NCBI RefSeq assembly: GCF_035594765.1
Contig: NC_085845.1
Span: 182,606,897 to 182,670,896 of the forward strand
Origin: Anolis carolinensis
Taxonomy: Eukaryota
Length of the DNA: 64,000 bases
Reading direction: 5' to 3'
The notes beneath the pieces were generated by a model. The model searched no databases and was not told the origin of the DNA. It saw only the letters and a list, made by a program, of their open reading frames with translations. Each line of letters opens with the position of its first letter. Positions within the stretch are counted from its first letter, which is position 1. The translations under genes and the position numbers were made by a program. Below, in pieces: positions 12,438-26,206 of the stretch.

Positions 12438-13679
12438 CTCTATACACAGTATAGGGAAAAGTGCACCTAATTCTCAACCATTTTCTTGCATGTTTACTTT
12501 ACCAGATTTTGTTACAGAAAACGCATGCTGTTTGTATTGCCAACCTGAGCAAAATTGGGAAGTAGCAAGCTACAAGTAGCAATCTCTTTGTAATGTTAAT
12601 TTTAGTATAATGAAGATAATAACATTTTGTTTCAAAAGAAACAACTAGTAATATCATTTGTAAGAATAAAAAGGGGCTTTGCATTCCTTTTTCTTCTCTC
12701 TTTTGAGAGGCTAAACTGCATTCAAACCATTTTCAGGAGTTTCCCCTCAAAATGTAGACCATTTTCACATGTTTTAAATAGATTTTCTTTCAATAAACAG
12801 CAACAAGTAACCTAGCATGTTACAGCAACACACCTGGAGCAACAAAACCAGTTGCAAGTCTTTTTCCTGGACATTTGTAATGTGTGGATTAGATGCCAAA
12901 TAATTTTGTTTCAAGACTAACTTTCAAAGTGCTGTCCTTTAGTGAGAGTAAAGTTTTGTTTGTTTGTTTCCCCCCTCTACAGTCAGGTGTGTATGCTGAC
13001 TTTGGGCAAACTTTAAAAGGTGCATTGTGATCATTCTTGGCTCCTCTCATGACTATTTGTAGTTATGTTTAAAAAAATCATTCTGGCACAAATGTCATAT
13101 TCATTTCTGTCCCTCTTTCTTGGATTCTGTCCTGTTGGAGTGTACAGTGTGTTCAGTTTGTCTTAATATTTATGGATCACTCATGAATCACACGTGCACT
13201 TCTCAGCTTTGTAGCAGTTTTCAGGTTAAAAGCTGCTATCATATCTGGAACACTTCGCCATTATTGTTTTTTGTCCTTTACCGTTCCAGATGGCAATAGC
13301 AGATGCTTGCTGCAACTCCGCTCTGTCTGTGAATATACACACAAGGAGGCAAACTGTTATCCTAGTTTTAAATTGGTAGGAGGAATACTACTGCTCAAAT
13401 AAAAAGAGGCCACGGTTAAATGTTATGGGAATTGGACACCACCAACTGATCTCCCTTTCCTACTGATGTTGAGGCCTTTGCTTGAAGCAACCACTCTGTG
13501 TCCACATGGCCTGAGAAGGCCTATAATCCTGTTGCTCAGACTGTCTCATGTGGGGAAATGGTATCCCCCCCCCTCCAAAATGTGTGAGAGACCAGTCCTA
13601 TATTTGTTTCCCTTTGCAGTCTTTGTGGACCTGCAGCTAATGGACATGAACCATTCCTTTGGACAACAATGACTCACAG

Positions 13680-14212
13680 CAGCAGTTCCCAAACCTTTTC
13701 AGTCATTGAACCCTTCAGAAGACATTTAGTTTATAAGGAACCCCAGCTCTATCCCTGATTGTTTAATCAAAATAAAAATTCTGAATCATTTTACACTCAT
13801 TCAAATATGCTTCTGAGTTTTCTATATAACATCTAGTTTGGGAGGACATTTTACTCGGAACATTTTATAAATAATATCCCAGTATCCCAAATGTCTTTCA
13901 CCTCAAGAACTGTACAAGAAAAAAAAATAATAAAAAAGAAATAAGGAATCAACTTTGAAAAATTGACAATATGTGAATCACTTTTGTTCAGATGGCAAAT
14001 AAAATGTTGAAACGTGAAGCCATTAACTACATACCTGATAGCAGTAGTTGTTGTACAACATAGCTCTTACTGAGACTTTAAATCAAATAGTTGGCCTTAT
14101 GTGGTTTTATTTTGAAATCCGTTTTCATTTATTTATAAAGATTTTTCACGGAACTCCTGTGATGCCTTTCTAGAACTTTAGGGTTCTGCAGAACACAGTT
14201 TGGGAACTACTG
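13680..14212. mobile_element. Non-autonomous hAT element
   Basis: TIR cagcagttcccaaac / gtttgggaactactg; TSD eroded. Confidence 0.7.
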
Positions 14213-17200
14213 GCCTAGAGCATCCTAGGACATAGCAAAAAATTTGATAGAAAAGATGAGGTGGAGATGTTTCATCCTACCATTCTCTTCTAAACATAAC
14301 CCACTACCCCTTCTTTCCCATATTGAACATATACTAGGACTGCCTCACTTTATTTTTACTATCTCCATGTCTTTAATAATCAACCTGAAATATGTAGACT
14401 TAGCAAAAAGTTTCTCTTATCATCATCCTACCTGTAAAATCTTTTAATTTGGAATGTATACAGTTGTGTTTACAGATTCTGTATCCACAGATATAATGAT
14501 CTACATCTGTTAAACATTTGCAACAAATATTTCTAGAAAAACGAGCAGGCCTTGATTTTGCCATTTTATATAAGGAACACCATTTTATTATACCTTTGTT
14601 TTTAATGGGACTTTATTTGTGGTGGGTCTTGAAGCTAGGAGAAGGATGTCATTGCAGCATGGCAAAAAGAATATTAGAATTAGACTAAACTACATATTAA
14701 TTTCTATACATTGCTAGCAATTATATCTACTTTCTTATTTAAAGGTGACTGCAGAAGACCCAGGGCTTTAATATTTTTTGCTTGTTGTGATTCTGGTGCC
14801 TGAAATTTTATTACCAAAAACCAGTCAAGTGGATGTGCCACTGAATTGTGTAAGCTACTTGACAGTCTAGCATTAAAGTTTCTTTTGGATTTTCTACATG
14901 TTAACAAGAGTTTTCATCTTCTTGATGCCCCCCCTTCCCCCCCCCCCTCATCACCATGGTAGATTGGTGTTAAGATGTCATGTATGTATTTTATTACATT
15001 GAGAAAAGAAATTCTTTATTGTAATAAGAAATGTTCAAGAGTTTTCAACAGCTGGCCATTTTACCCCACGTTTTTGATTTAAGTGGGGTAATAACATGTC
15101 TTTTCCTTGCCATTCTGTATTGGTGGATCTTGATGACATGACAACATGACTTTAATCTGTCCTATTCAAGTAGAAATGACATTGTTGGCTAATTAAATAG
15201 GGAACAGAGAACTTGTTCCTCATGATAAGTTGAGTGAGTACATCATCCACATCACTTTTGAGAGGGATGAACTTATCTAAATTAGATGGGGAAGTCCTCC
15301 CATTGCCAAAAGCTGATTTTTTTCTGAAGAAATATTAGCAGTGAACTTACCCTGAAGCTTTCAGAGTAATGGCAACTTTCTCGGACTGTCTTTAAGTTTT
15401 ACATTTTTCTAGATTTTTATAAAGATACTGGGTTTGCAAAAGTATACTGCAGGCATTTGGCAGTCAGGGTGTGTTGGAATGAGCCCAGGCAGCAAATGAA
15501 AACAGTTATAGAGACTAGAAATAAAACGAGTGAACACCATAATTGGGCTTCATCGTTTCTCCCAAATCGAGTCCCAGTGTTAAGTGTCACTAACTATCAA
15601 ACAGTGTGAAGTGAATCACTTGGTCATGTACTTTCCCGGAGTTTACTGAATACTTGAAACACAAGGTTCATGTTTTTCTCTCGCCTTCACTGCAACTTCA
15701 AATACTGAATTATAATTACCAAAATCTACTGTGTTGGTAATTGATAAGAAGACACTCTTGAGTGGGAAGCTATCTTCATTATGTTAAAGGAAACCAAGGT
15801 TAACATCACAGTCAGCTAGTTTGTAGGCAGGGCTAATATGTTGTGTTGGTTAAAGTCAATGATTCTTAGCAGCTTGGGCTAGAGGAAATAGGAAGACAAG
15901 ATACTGCATATGCTACTGCTACATAGATTCACCTATATAGAAGCAAGCTGTCTTCTTTGGTGTGGAAATAACTTGCTTTCACTGACAGGCCGTTAATGTA
16001 ATTCTAAGCTGTAAGCTCCAAACTGACTGTAGCGCCAAAACAGAGACTGGAATAGTAAGTAGCTCAGAGAAGAGGTGGCATTTTTGTAGAAATTAAATCC
16101 ACAGTCAGAAGGTTGGTTCATACAGACTTCTACGTTAATTCAGGAAGAATTTTGTTATGCTTCTCACTAGTATAAAATAACTTGTTATATGGCTTATTGA
16201 TGATTTGTTACTAATCTATTACTATTTAATTGATCTTTAAGAAATTACAAAAGTACTTTCATTGCTTCCTCAAAATCATATTTTCAGAAGAATGAAGGGA
16301 CATTGGTTATTACACTAAACTAATAATTTGCTGCTGGATGTTACATTATTTTTTAAACATGCTGTAATTCTCAAAGTATCATGTTAATAGTTAAAATAAT
16401 TGTTTTAATGCATAACTTCCAGACTCTGATTCCCCATGTCCAGGGCCCTCCAGCATGATGCTGTAGTTTTTGAGGGACGTTGACCCATAGAGTCACAGTG
16501 GAGTAATCCAGAGATTCCTAGATAAATCTTTTCTCAGGTATAAATGTTTTTCAAATTTATTGTTTTTCAATTTTTGCAGGGTTTTTCTTTCTTTGTCCCA
16601 ACAACTGTGAAAATGGAGAGCCTACTGTACTTATCTAGCCCTGAAGGTACAAAGGCTTAAGAATTTAATAATATTAGGCTTGGTTGAGCCCTGAGTGCTG
16701 TTTGTGTGTGAAATCTTGTGAGTATAAAACTTTTAGTTTTAACTTAAAGTTAAAACTAAAAGTTCCATGTGTGCACCATTGTAGCATGCTTTGAAGCATA
16801 TTTACCTACAAATCTGTCAGTAGTCCTGTCCATAGATAATATTATTAGCTACAGCTTCTTAGACAATGATTGCAATCAGCACTCTACATTCTCGTCTCCA
16901 CTGGTAATTTCCTTGGCCAGTCGAATCTGTAGAAAAAAGAGAATAATTTTGCTCAGAAAAATACTATTTTCCACTCAAAGCAAAACTGGTTGATCATAAA
17001 ATACACATTGCATTCATGTTAATGCAAACCTTAGCTTGGGGCTTATTATGAAAAGTCTATTTGGAAGTAAATCTAGAAACTTTCTGCCTCTAGGTTGGTA
17101 TGAGTCACACAGTACTTTCATTTTAAATACAGTGTGTATGTTTGGGGGTATGTTTCCAGATTTCACATTGATACACAAAACCACAGATAATAGCAAATCC

Positions 17201-19239
17201 TATTGAAATGTAGGACATCTGCCCCAAGAATTACCATAGAGTTGTGCAGCACAAACTAGAAAATGCTTACTTTGTTTGACATGGATAAATTAAACCCCAG
17301 ATACTGGTCCCACCAATACAGGAGTCATATTGTATCAGACCAGATCTTATGTACACTCCTCTTAATTATTTTGTTGAAATTTATCATGTTGATGTAGTTA
17401 GCTCTTGAGTTTCCACAAAGAGCACACATGCTGTGTGTTTTAAATAGCCACGTAGAAAAAAATCAACATAATATAAGTGAGGAATTAATGTTTTCCCACC
17501 ATCCCTCCAGTAGTGACCTGCTACCTTGCATTGTTCAACCTGCGGTCTTATACACACCCATCGACACAGGTGTTACTTACTATTGACTAAACTTGTATAG
17601 GATTGCACTGCTTTAAGCAGGGGAGTTCAGTGGGATGGGAGAAAATCCCCCAAAGGGATTCAGTTCATCCCACTCATTGCTGTGAAGATCAGTTCTGCAT
17701 GACTCATTTCCCTCATGCCTTTGGCTCTTGTGGGAAGAAGGTGGGTGGTGCCTGGAATCATGTCAAAATGAGACCATAAATGATATTTTCTAGCTTGTTA
17801 GCAATGCGAATGCGAGACTGTTAGATGTCTCCATGTCTGGGGACATGGATGTAAAAACAAATGATGTCCAGCAGATGATGTCTGAATTGCAGCTTGCCAA
17901 ACAAACTCAGATTAGGAATTTGGACTTTACTGTAGGGGAAAGCAGGGAATTGTCCCCGAGATTGGATGGAGGCATAGTGCAAAGCCAAGGCCAAGGGGAT
18001 AAGCCAAGGGCTTTTGGCTTTGGCCAAAACTTTGGGCTTTAGGAGCACTATGAACTCTTGACCCAGGCATTCCAATCCAGAAGAGAACTAGATCCAGCAT
18101 TTGGGTGGATAGCTTGCTACAGCTGCAATGCAGAATTAATGTTGTATCTAAATGAGGAGGAGTGCCAATGATCTTGATTATTGGTGCTTAAAAAAATTAG
18201 TAAAAATTACCAACACTGATTGTTTCCTGAATTTACAGTATGTTAGTTCAATTAAAGGAGTTGATATGTTTTTAATTTAAAAATAAATAGAAAAATGGCC
18301 TAAATGCCTTCAACAGGCCTCTTATTATTTTTTTAATGGCAATTATTTTTTTGCTTTATCAAAACACTTACCATGTCAGCATTAGCATAAAAATGCTAAA
18401 CCCCTGCCCCAACTCCATCATCATAAAAAGTGGCATGTTAGAATGGCTCCTCACTTGTAATGTCTTTGCAAATAAAGTTGGCCCCACTGGCCAAAACATT
18501 TGTCTCAAATGCCACAGGGAAACTGGCTTAATGGTAGAGAACAGCATAGTTCTTAATTGTACTCTGTATTTTATATAGTTCAATAAGTAATGATTTTGGC
18601 CCTTTTAATTAGCACTCTCGGTTAGGTTGGATAAAAGGTGAGGATTATTTTGGGTCCTCCATCCACTGATCCTCTTTGGATACTTTACAATACCAGGAAA
18701 GCTTCCTGTTGTTTCTGCTGTAGTACAAGGTTTGCTTTTGTTATGAAATGGCTTATGGGGTGCATAGAACTGTTCTGGGGCTTTATAGCGATAAAGTCAA
18801 GAGCAGAGGGTTAATTAAAGTGTAAGCCTGAGTTGGCGCTATGGGGATTCTTGCAATCAGACATAAATAACCTTTTATGCCAGAGGCAGACTCAAAGAAA
18901 GGAATGTTTTGTCTGAAAGGCACGATATGTGGTATGTGGCAGGTCAGACAAGGCTGTTGGTGGAGTCTCCAGCTGGTAAGCAGCCAAGGTGCACTTTCTA
19001 AGCTGCTTCCCACCACCACCTCTTGCTGTTCCAGGGGTTGGAATTCCTTTTTTCTGCATAATTATAAATCAATGGAATTGGCATATGAGCTTAAAGCCCA
19101 ATCTCTTTTTAACAAATTTACTGTAACAACTAGTTAAGAGCACCATCTATTTTTACAATGTGTATCAAAGCTGTTTTTTTTTTAATTACAGGGTATCATC
19201 CAATTCAGCCTTCTTCAGTTTAGTCCTCCCTCTAGATGT

Positions 19240-19555
19240 GGAGCCCCGGTGGCGAAGTGCGTTAAAGCACTGAGCTGGAGACTGAAAGGTCCCAGGTTCA
19301 ATCCCCAGGAGCGGCGGGAGCGGCCGCTGTTAGCTCCAGCTCCTGCCAACCTAGCAGTTCGAAAACATGCCAATGTGAGTAGATCAATAGGTACCGCTCC
19401 GGCGGGAAGGTAACGGCGCTCCATGCAGTCATGCTGGCCACATGACCTTGGAGGTGTCTACGGACAACGCCGGCTCTTCGGCTTAGAAATGGAGATGAGC
19501 ACCAACCCCCAGAGTCAGACTTGACTGGACTTAACGTCAGGGGAAAACCTTTACC
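19240..19555 (+). mobile_element. Sauria SINE, full length
   Basis: tRNA-like head ggagccccggtggcg...ggttcaatccc; body ctgccaacctagcagttcgaaaacatg; ACCTTTACC tail; TSD ctagatgt. Confidence 0.95.
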
Positions 19556-20134
19556 CTAGATGTGGAACTCCCATCACCATAGTAGACTCGCATAATAGTT
19601 CTAATTATTTGGAGAGCATCAGTTATGGGCAGGCATATTTGAACTACAGAAATATGACATCAGTCTTCACTTTTGCTAATGCTATGCTGCATCCCTTTCC
19701 TCTACTCCTCCCTAGTCGTTTTCTGCCATGCCCCATTCCACTGTAGAAATGGATCAGTACAAGCAGCCCTGCATTCACGGAACATTGTTGTTATCAGATC
19801 AGATCAGCCAATCCCTGAAAAAGATACCAAAGTATAGATTGGGTTTTCCTTCTTTAGGATTTTGGAAGCTGGCATTTCTGGGCTAGACTGACCTGGACTT
19901 TTAACCTCCCGCTTTCTGTAAATAGTGGCTTGAGGTGACCAAGACCTCTGTTTTAGGGCATAAACAGATACTGATATTTGCTCAGTGTTAGAACCTCTAA
20001 TGATACTTTCAAGATCGAGATACCGTTTTAGTGCTCTCTTAATCTGTTTTGCAAACAACCTGCATCTGGCCTGCTCAGTTATTTTCCTCAGTAGTTTGGG
20101 GTCGGGACCCACAGTTTAAGAAGTAGTGTCCTAG

Positions 20135-20449
20135 GGAACAAGAAGTATAAATTGTGGGTCCCGACCCCAAATGGGGTCTGCAAAGCTCAGTGTTAGGGTT
20201 GTGAAAAATTTGGCAACTTTAAAAAGTTTCTGAGTGCCACTTAGTGGCCATTTTAGACATTACACAAATCGGTTAGCAACAATGTGCAGTGTTTACAATA
20301 GACTCTACAGAAAGATCAGTCTGTTTAGCAAGTTCTGCAAATGATGATTTAGTATCAGTAAATGTTTGGTATTATACCTATATACCAGGGGTGCTTAAAA
20401 AGTAATTGGACGGAAAGGGATTGCAAGTGGAAAAGTTTAAGAAGCCCTG
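20135..20449. mobile_element. Non-autonomous hAT element
   Basis: Right end aaaagtttaagaagccctg; left subterminal tgtgggtcccgaccccaaatggggtc. Confidence 0.6.
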
Positions 20450-23400
20450 TCCTGAACATTGTAATTGTGTTGCCTCTGCTCACTACCCTCTTTTTCTCAG
20501 ATTGCCCCCTCTCACATTGACTGAACATAGAAAGGAGCTGGAATGCCACAGTCCTAATTCACTCACTAGCTACATCTCTTCTGTTAGTGTGAAAATGACC
20601 AGCTTACATGAGTGATTACATGGCCATGCGGGTTTAGCTGCCAGGAGGCACGTCAGTATTGCTGAGAGCATAGCTAGTGAGCACAAACACATGCCTTTCT
20701 CACAGATTCACTAATATAAGTGGGGCATGTGTATGAGAGATCAATTCTAATCAATATCTACATCTCCCTTTAAGGTTGTTGGTAAAACCTGCATTGCCAG
20801 TCAATAAATATCTCACTGTGAAACCAGTGTTATTGTTGTTTTAATTATATATCATTCAGAAGATATTTTAAATATTTGGAACCGTATGAGAATGATTTCC
20901 ATTCTATTGTTCCCTTTTTTCTATTTTTGTCTAAAAAGATGCACTTACAGAATGCTAGAGACCATTTTTACCTCTTAATAAGTCCTTTATTACCATAAGC
21001 TTTCAATTAGAACTTGTACATTAATTAATCTGAGTAAATTAGAATTTACAAGATGTCATAGTCTGGGAATAGCCAAGTGCTGTTTGCTTTTTACATCCTT
21101 TTTTGCAGTGTAAGCACAGGGGAAAGTGATCTAGTCCACACACACATATCTTGGGTTATTAAAATGAAATAGTGATTATCATTTATTTCACTTTTATCCT
21201 GACTTGTGCATAGGTGTTCCACTCCCACATTGCTTCTTTTCCCTTCCTTCTTGGTGTCCCGAAGTTGAAGAATCACTGGTTTAATTAACCCAAGTTTCCT
21301 GCTATGTCTGAACTGTCAAGCTATGGTTGCTGGGATGAGAAGTCTGGATCTGAAACCATAGTTTGAAGTTGGAATGGCAGCCATTTTTTTGACTCTTGGC
21401 ATTCACAATGCTTCTAAATTTGGGACTTACTGCAAATAGGGGAGGCTGAAAATTGATAATAGAGAAAGCTGTAGTAAAGCTGAGCATATAGTGCCTTATA
21501 GATCTTTACGTACTTGAATTTAGCTTACGTGCAACTGCTGTCGCTCTAGGCTAATTAAAATCAATCATTTTTGACACTGGTGATAATATCAGCATTTCCT
21601 TCTATGGCACAGAGATGCAGTGGTATGAATGCTGCTTTCTTCCAGTGAGTTACGGAAGATATTTTAGACAGGTCCCAAGATACAGAGCCTGTTTCCTAGC
21701 CCTTGTTCTGCTGTCTTCCAAAGCTCTGTTGTCTTCTTCCTACCTTCCTTTGGTTGGTAGCTTTCTCTGGACCACTGGCCATCTGTCTTTCAGGTTGTTG
21801 CTATATGGTTGTCACTGCAAATCGTATTTGCCTGCTTTCAGCTTAGTTTTCTAATGAGATGCAGGAATGGACAAATCTATTGGGTACATTTTGGCTGCTT
21901 AACCAATTTTCTGCAGCTAAATTTAAGTCCCATTTCCACATTTTTATGGTTGCCTGACAACATATTTTCACAAACATTTCTTTAAACTGATGTCTTTTTT
22001 GTACATATTTGTTCAAATATGTCTGTTTAAAGCAGTTTTTAAAGAACCTTCACATTCTCTCATATTTTTATGTGAATTACCCCATAAATGCTTCATTTTG
22101 TAATTGACAAACTTGACTACCACATTCAAAGAAGCACACCTTTTGGATCACAGCTGTGTTTTCATCTGTGAATTGTTTTAGTGAATGTGAGCTAATTAGG
22201 TTTAGGTGAATTAGATTTGCAAGTGCTTTAATATTACTCCCTATTTGCTTCTGTCTCTGTCCTTCAGCTTTGTTGTTTTTCCAAGTGACAGCAGAACAGG
22301 GACCTCATGTGTACCCCCTAGACTATTTTCAACTGGATGAGCATCAGCTTATCAATTAAGCAAAGAGTTCTGTTTGCATTTAACTAATGATAATTTAGTC
22401 AGTAAAGTAATCCCCTACAACAATAGGTTCCTACCCCAAGGATTTGTTGAATCTGTAATTCAGGAAAGGAAGTGACAACACAGGCTGTGAGGATAGATGA
22501 AAGGATAGGCAAAGGGAACTGGTGAACAATATACTGTTGTTTATCCTTAAGCCTGTAAGGATGAGGATGGTATGGAAAATGGTGCCACTTGGTTATTACA
22601 TGCTACCTTGATGGCTGTTTTTATATTGGCCTGTTTTGCTTTGCTTTTATTATAAAGTAAGCTGGCACTGAGTTATTATTACACATACTTCTTTTGGGAT
22701 GTGTGAGCAAGGAAAACTAGAAAAAACATGTTTTCCCTAGAGCTTAAGTTCTGCTTCTCAGAGACCAGAGACACCCCATGATACATACTGTGTATATAGA
22801 GAATATGGTGTTTTGACAGCACATCCTGAAGTATTTTGTATCGCTTGGTCGGATGAAATATGCTCCTTCATTCATTTTGACTTTCCTCAGACAATTTTGT
22901 CAACATTAAAATTTGTTTCATAATGTTGCTGCTGACCTTGCTCCTCTTGTGAGTGTATGTGCTTTTGACATGAATTTGGCCACAAGCTATTTCTCTTCAT
23001 CTTTGCATTCCATGCATTTTAAACAAGGCTTTATTTTTTTCAATTGATCAAGGAATTACAGGGTTTTCCAGTAACTTAGAAGAAATCTTAAAGCACATCC
23101 AGCCCAGTCCCATGTTGATGTCAGGATTCTTCTAACTACCATAATGTTAATCAGTCACCTGTCCACATAAGTTGTCCCCATGAATTTCATGGGCAAGGAC
23201 TATTCAGAGGTGGGTTGCCATTGCCTCCCTCTGAAATATAACATAAAGGAGTTAGTATTCCTTGGCAGTCTCCCATCTGAGTGTTACTAAATCTAACATC
23301 TGCTTTAAAAGCTATTAAAAGGAGAAGGCAGTTCCCTTATTCAAGATCTTCTGCTTTTTAGAAGCCTTCTAAGGTTTTGCTAAAAATGGCTTCTTTGCTC

Positions 23401-23850
23401 TTTCTACCCACAGTTGTCCTGTCCTTTTTACTGAACAACAGAAAACAAAGCTATACCTCTTCTTTCACATAAGATATGAAAGGTTAGGTCAGTGTATGCT
23501 AAATGAGCTTTGGTAAATAAGCATAATTAAATACCGGAATGTGTACTTTTCTAGTAAAGTTACTGAATACCGATGGCAAACTTTAAAAAGAAAAGAAAGA
23601 AGAACAGAGTGGCAACTTGGCCACAGAGTTCGCACACAGAATTTTCAGTGATAATTACCATTATACAAATCACTATTTGGTGCTGATAGTGTTAAACATA
23701 TGCATAATATGAAATATTTGGTAGTGAGGTTCAGAGAACTAAAACGTATCAATGCATATGTGAACCAGTCCAGTTGGTTAAAAGTATCATCAGACCGACA
23801 TGTTGTACTGTATATATGCATGCATCTCTTTTGCAAGTTAACATGTATTT

Positions 23851-24053
23851 GGGTTGCTGTTTGTTTTTCGGGTAGTATGGCCATGTTCCAATAGCATTCT
23901 CTCCTGACATTTTGCCTGAATCTGTGGCTGGCAAGATGCCAGCAACAGAGACAAGTGAAACATCGGGAAAGAAAACTACTGGAACATGGCTATACAGCCT
24001 GAAAAACTCACAGCAACTCAGTGATTATGGCCATGAAAACCTTTGACAATACA
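23851..24053. mobile_element. Penelope-like element: inverted pair of pseudo-LTR fragments
   Basis: 23851-23933 is the reverse complement of about 23934-24020; perfect 13-bp TSD ttaacatgtattt (23838, 24054). Confidence 0.85.
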
Positions 24054-24196
24054 TTAACATGTATTTATTGGGCCATTTCAACGTATCAAATTGCATTGTG
24101 AATGTGCATTCTCTCTTCCAGTGCTAGTATTTTGGCTCATTCAGTTAAGCAGGCCACAGGTTAAGAGATAGCAAAATGAAGCTTTTAATACAGTAG

Positions 24197-24756
24197 GGTA
24201 AAGGTAAAGGTTTCCCCCTGACATTAAGTCTAGTCGTGTCCGAGTCTGGGGATTGGTGCCCATCTCCATTTCTAAGCCAAAGAGCCGGCGTTGTCAGTAG
24301 ACACCTCCAAGGTCATGTGGCCAGCATGACTGCATAGAGCGCCATTACCTTCCTGCCAGACTAGTACATATTGATCTACCCACATTTGCATGTTTTCGAA
24401 CTGCTAGGTTCGGGCTGTGGCGCAGGCTGGAGAGCAGCTGCAATGAATCACTGCAATGAATCACTCTGACCAGGAGGTCATGAGTTCGAGGCCCGCTCGG
24501 AGCCATGCTTGTCTTGTCTTTGTTCTATGTTAAAAGGCATTGAATGTTTGCCTATATGTGTAATGTGATCCGCCCTGAGTCCCCTTCGGGGTGAGAAGGG
24601 CGGAATATAAATGCTGCAAATAAATAAATAAATAGGTTGGCAGAAGCTGGGGCTAAAAGCGGGAGCTCAACCCACTCCCTGGATTCAAACCACTGACCTT
24701 TCAGTCAGCAAGAGGAGCAGCTCAGTGGTTTAATCCACTGCGCCACCAGGGGCTCC
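24197..24756 (-). mobile_element. Sauria SINE interrupted by a nested SINE
   Basis: ggtaaaggtaaagg tail; matches 19240-19555 in reverse; diverged TSD cttttaatacagta/cctttaacacagca. Confidence 0.93.
24411..24632 (+). mobile_element. Anolis SINE2-type (tRNA head, L2-like tail) nested in a Sauria SINE
   Basis: gggctgtggcgcag...gagttcgaggccc head; ccgccctgagtccccttcggggtgagaagggcgg + (TAAA)n; TSD taggtt. Confidence 0.88.
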
Positions 24757-25989
24757 CCTTTAACACAGCATCTAACTCAAAACTAAGCAGGCATAATTCT
24801 CCAGATGTTGTATGCCGGCAACTCCCATAAGCTATCATCATTGGATCAGATGCAAATAACTAACAAGTGTCTTTAAAAATTTTCCAGAGTGCCTAGTTCT
24901 GGTTTAGTGTACAGTAAATAGCTGGCTACTGGCATAAAATGAATTTGAGGAATATTGATTAATGAAGCCCTTAGTTACTGCTCAAAGTGCATAGGCTAAA
25001 TGTACATATGGGGAACATTGGCTCTTAGTTCATTTAACCTTTGTTTAATTTTTACTGTTGACAAAGGACTTGTGTATTTGTGAACTGTATGTGTCACCAA
25101 AGCTCTGCAATGTGGGAGGATCCTGGATCACACTTATAAGTCTACAAATAAACATTTGGTATGCATATAGGTTAGGATTAGGGCCTGGTGCCATGCGTGT
25201 GCTTTGAATGTATGACAAAGGATGCAACAATAAAGTTTACCAATACAGAGAACTTGAAAAGGCTAGTTTATTGTATTATAACTCCCAGAATCCCTCATCT
25301 AACTTTAAATGTCCCCTTGTTGTAATCAAACATTTCCAACCACTCCAAGCAGCCAAGAACATAGATCAGAAATTGAGGCAGTATGGCTCCAATTTTTATA
25401 TGTGTACTATTAAATTTGTAATCTGTTTTTCCTCAAAGGAACTTAAGCCCCTATTATATTACGAGCCTCATCCCCATCTTTCCTGCTCCCCAGTTTATCT
25501 TCCGACCCACTCTGTGAATAGTATGGCCATCCAAACATTGGGGATATTTATGTTCTAATTGTGAATTTTCTCAATGAGCGGATGTTCTAATCCTACAAGG
25601 TAGTTCTTACTATCTTACAAAGAGGTTGAGGTGAAAGAAATTACAACTAACCCTATTCACAAAATAGGTTCAGCACTTTGAATCGTTCCTTTAAAATTTG
25701 GATTGAAAACTGGAATGTACGTTGGTTGAAAGGCCAAGCACATCATAGAATAATTAAAAGCTGTTTCATTCTCTCCAAATGCATAGAAGTATATTCTCAG
25801 TATCCTAGTTTTGTTGTGTGAATGAGACAGCCACTACCTATAAAAGCTGTATATGACATGACTTCCCAAGATCAGATATCAAGACTCTGGAAACAGAAGG
25901 TCAATGGTAGTGTGTTTATGTTTTTCTGTTGCTTTGGTATACATTGGAGCACTTTGTCAGATTCTTTATCTTTTTCATTCTTTTCACAG

Positions 25990-26206
25990 CATTTCACAGA
26001 GCTCCTTGATGACTTTTCCCAGGATGTTTTGGGGCAGCTCCTGAATGACCCTTTCCTGTCTGACAAAGATGAGATGATGGAAGTAGAGCTGTCTCCGGCT
26101 TCTCCTGCGCCCCTGATTCAGGCTGAACACAGCTACTCTCTTTGTGGTGACTCGCGACCCCAGTCCCCACTTACCCACATGTCAGCTGATGACAATTTCA
26201 ATGAAG
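25990..26206 (+). CDS. CREB3L2: CREB3L2 exon 2 (acidic transactivation region)
   Basis: ttttcacag|CAT...GAAG|gtataa; 217 nt; [26 protein letters not shown]...AEHSYSL. Confidence 0.96.

Noticed and set aside
19240-19310. tRNA genes at SINE heads (also 24411, 24690-24756, 63760-63857)
   Set aside because: A/B-box-like motifs belong to SINEs with bodies, tails and TSDs; no full cloverleaf.
8081-24000. Active hammerhead ribozymes
   Set aside because: All candidate cores have lost CUGANGA and/or GAAAC bases.
1-25989. CREB3L2 exon 1, promoter or CpG island
   Set aside because: No matching N-terminal coding exon or CpG island found; the CpG-rich start is LTR-like.
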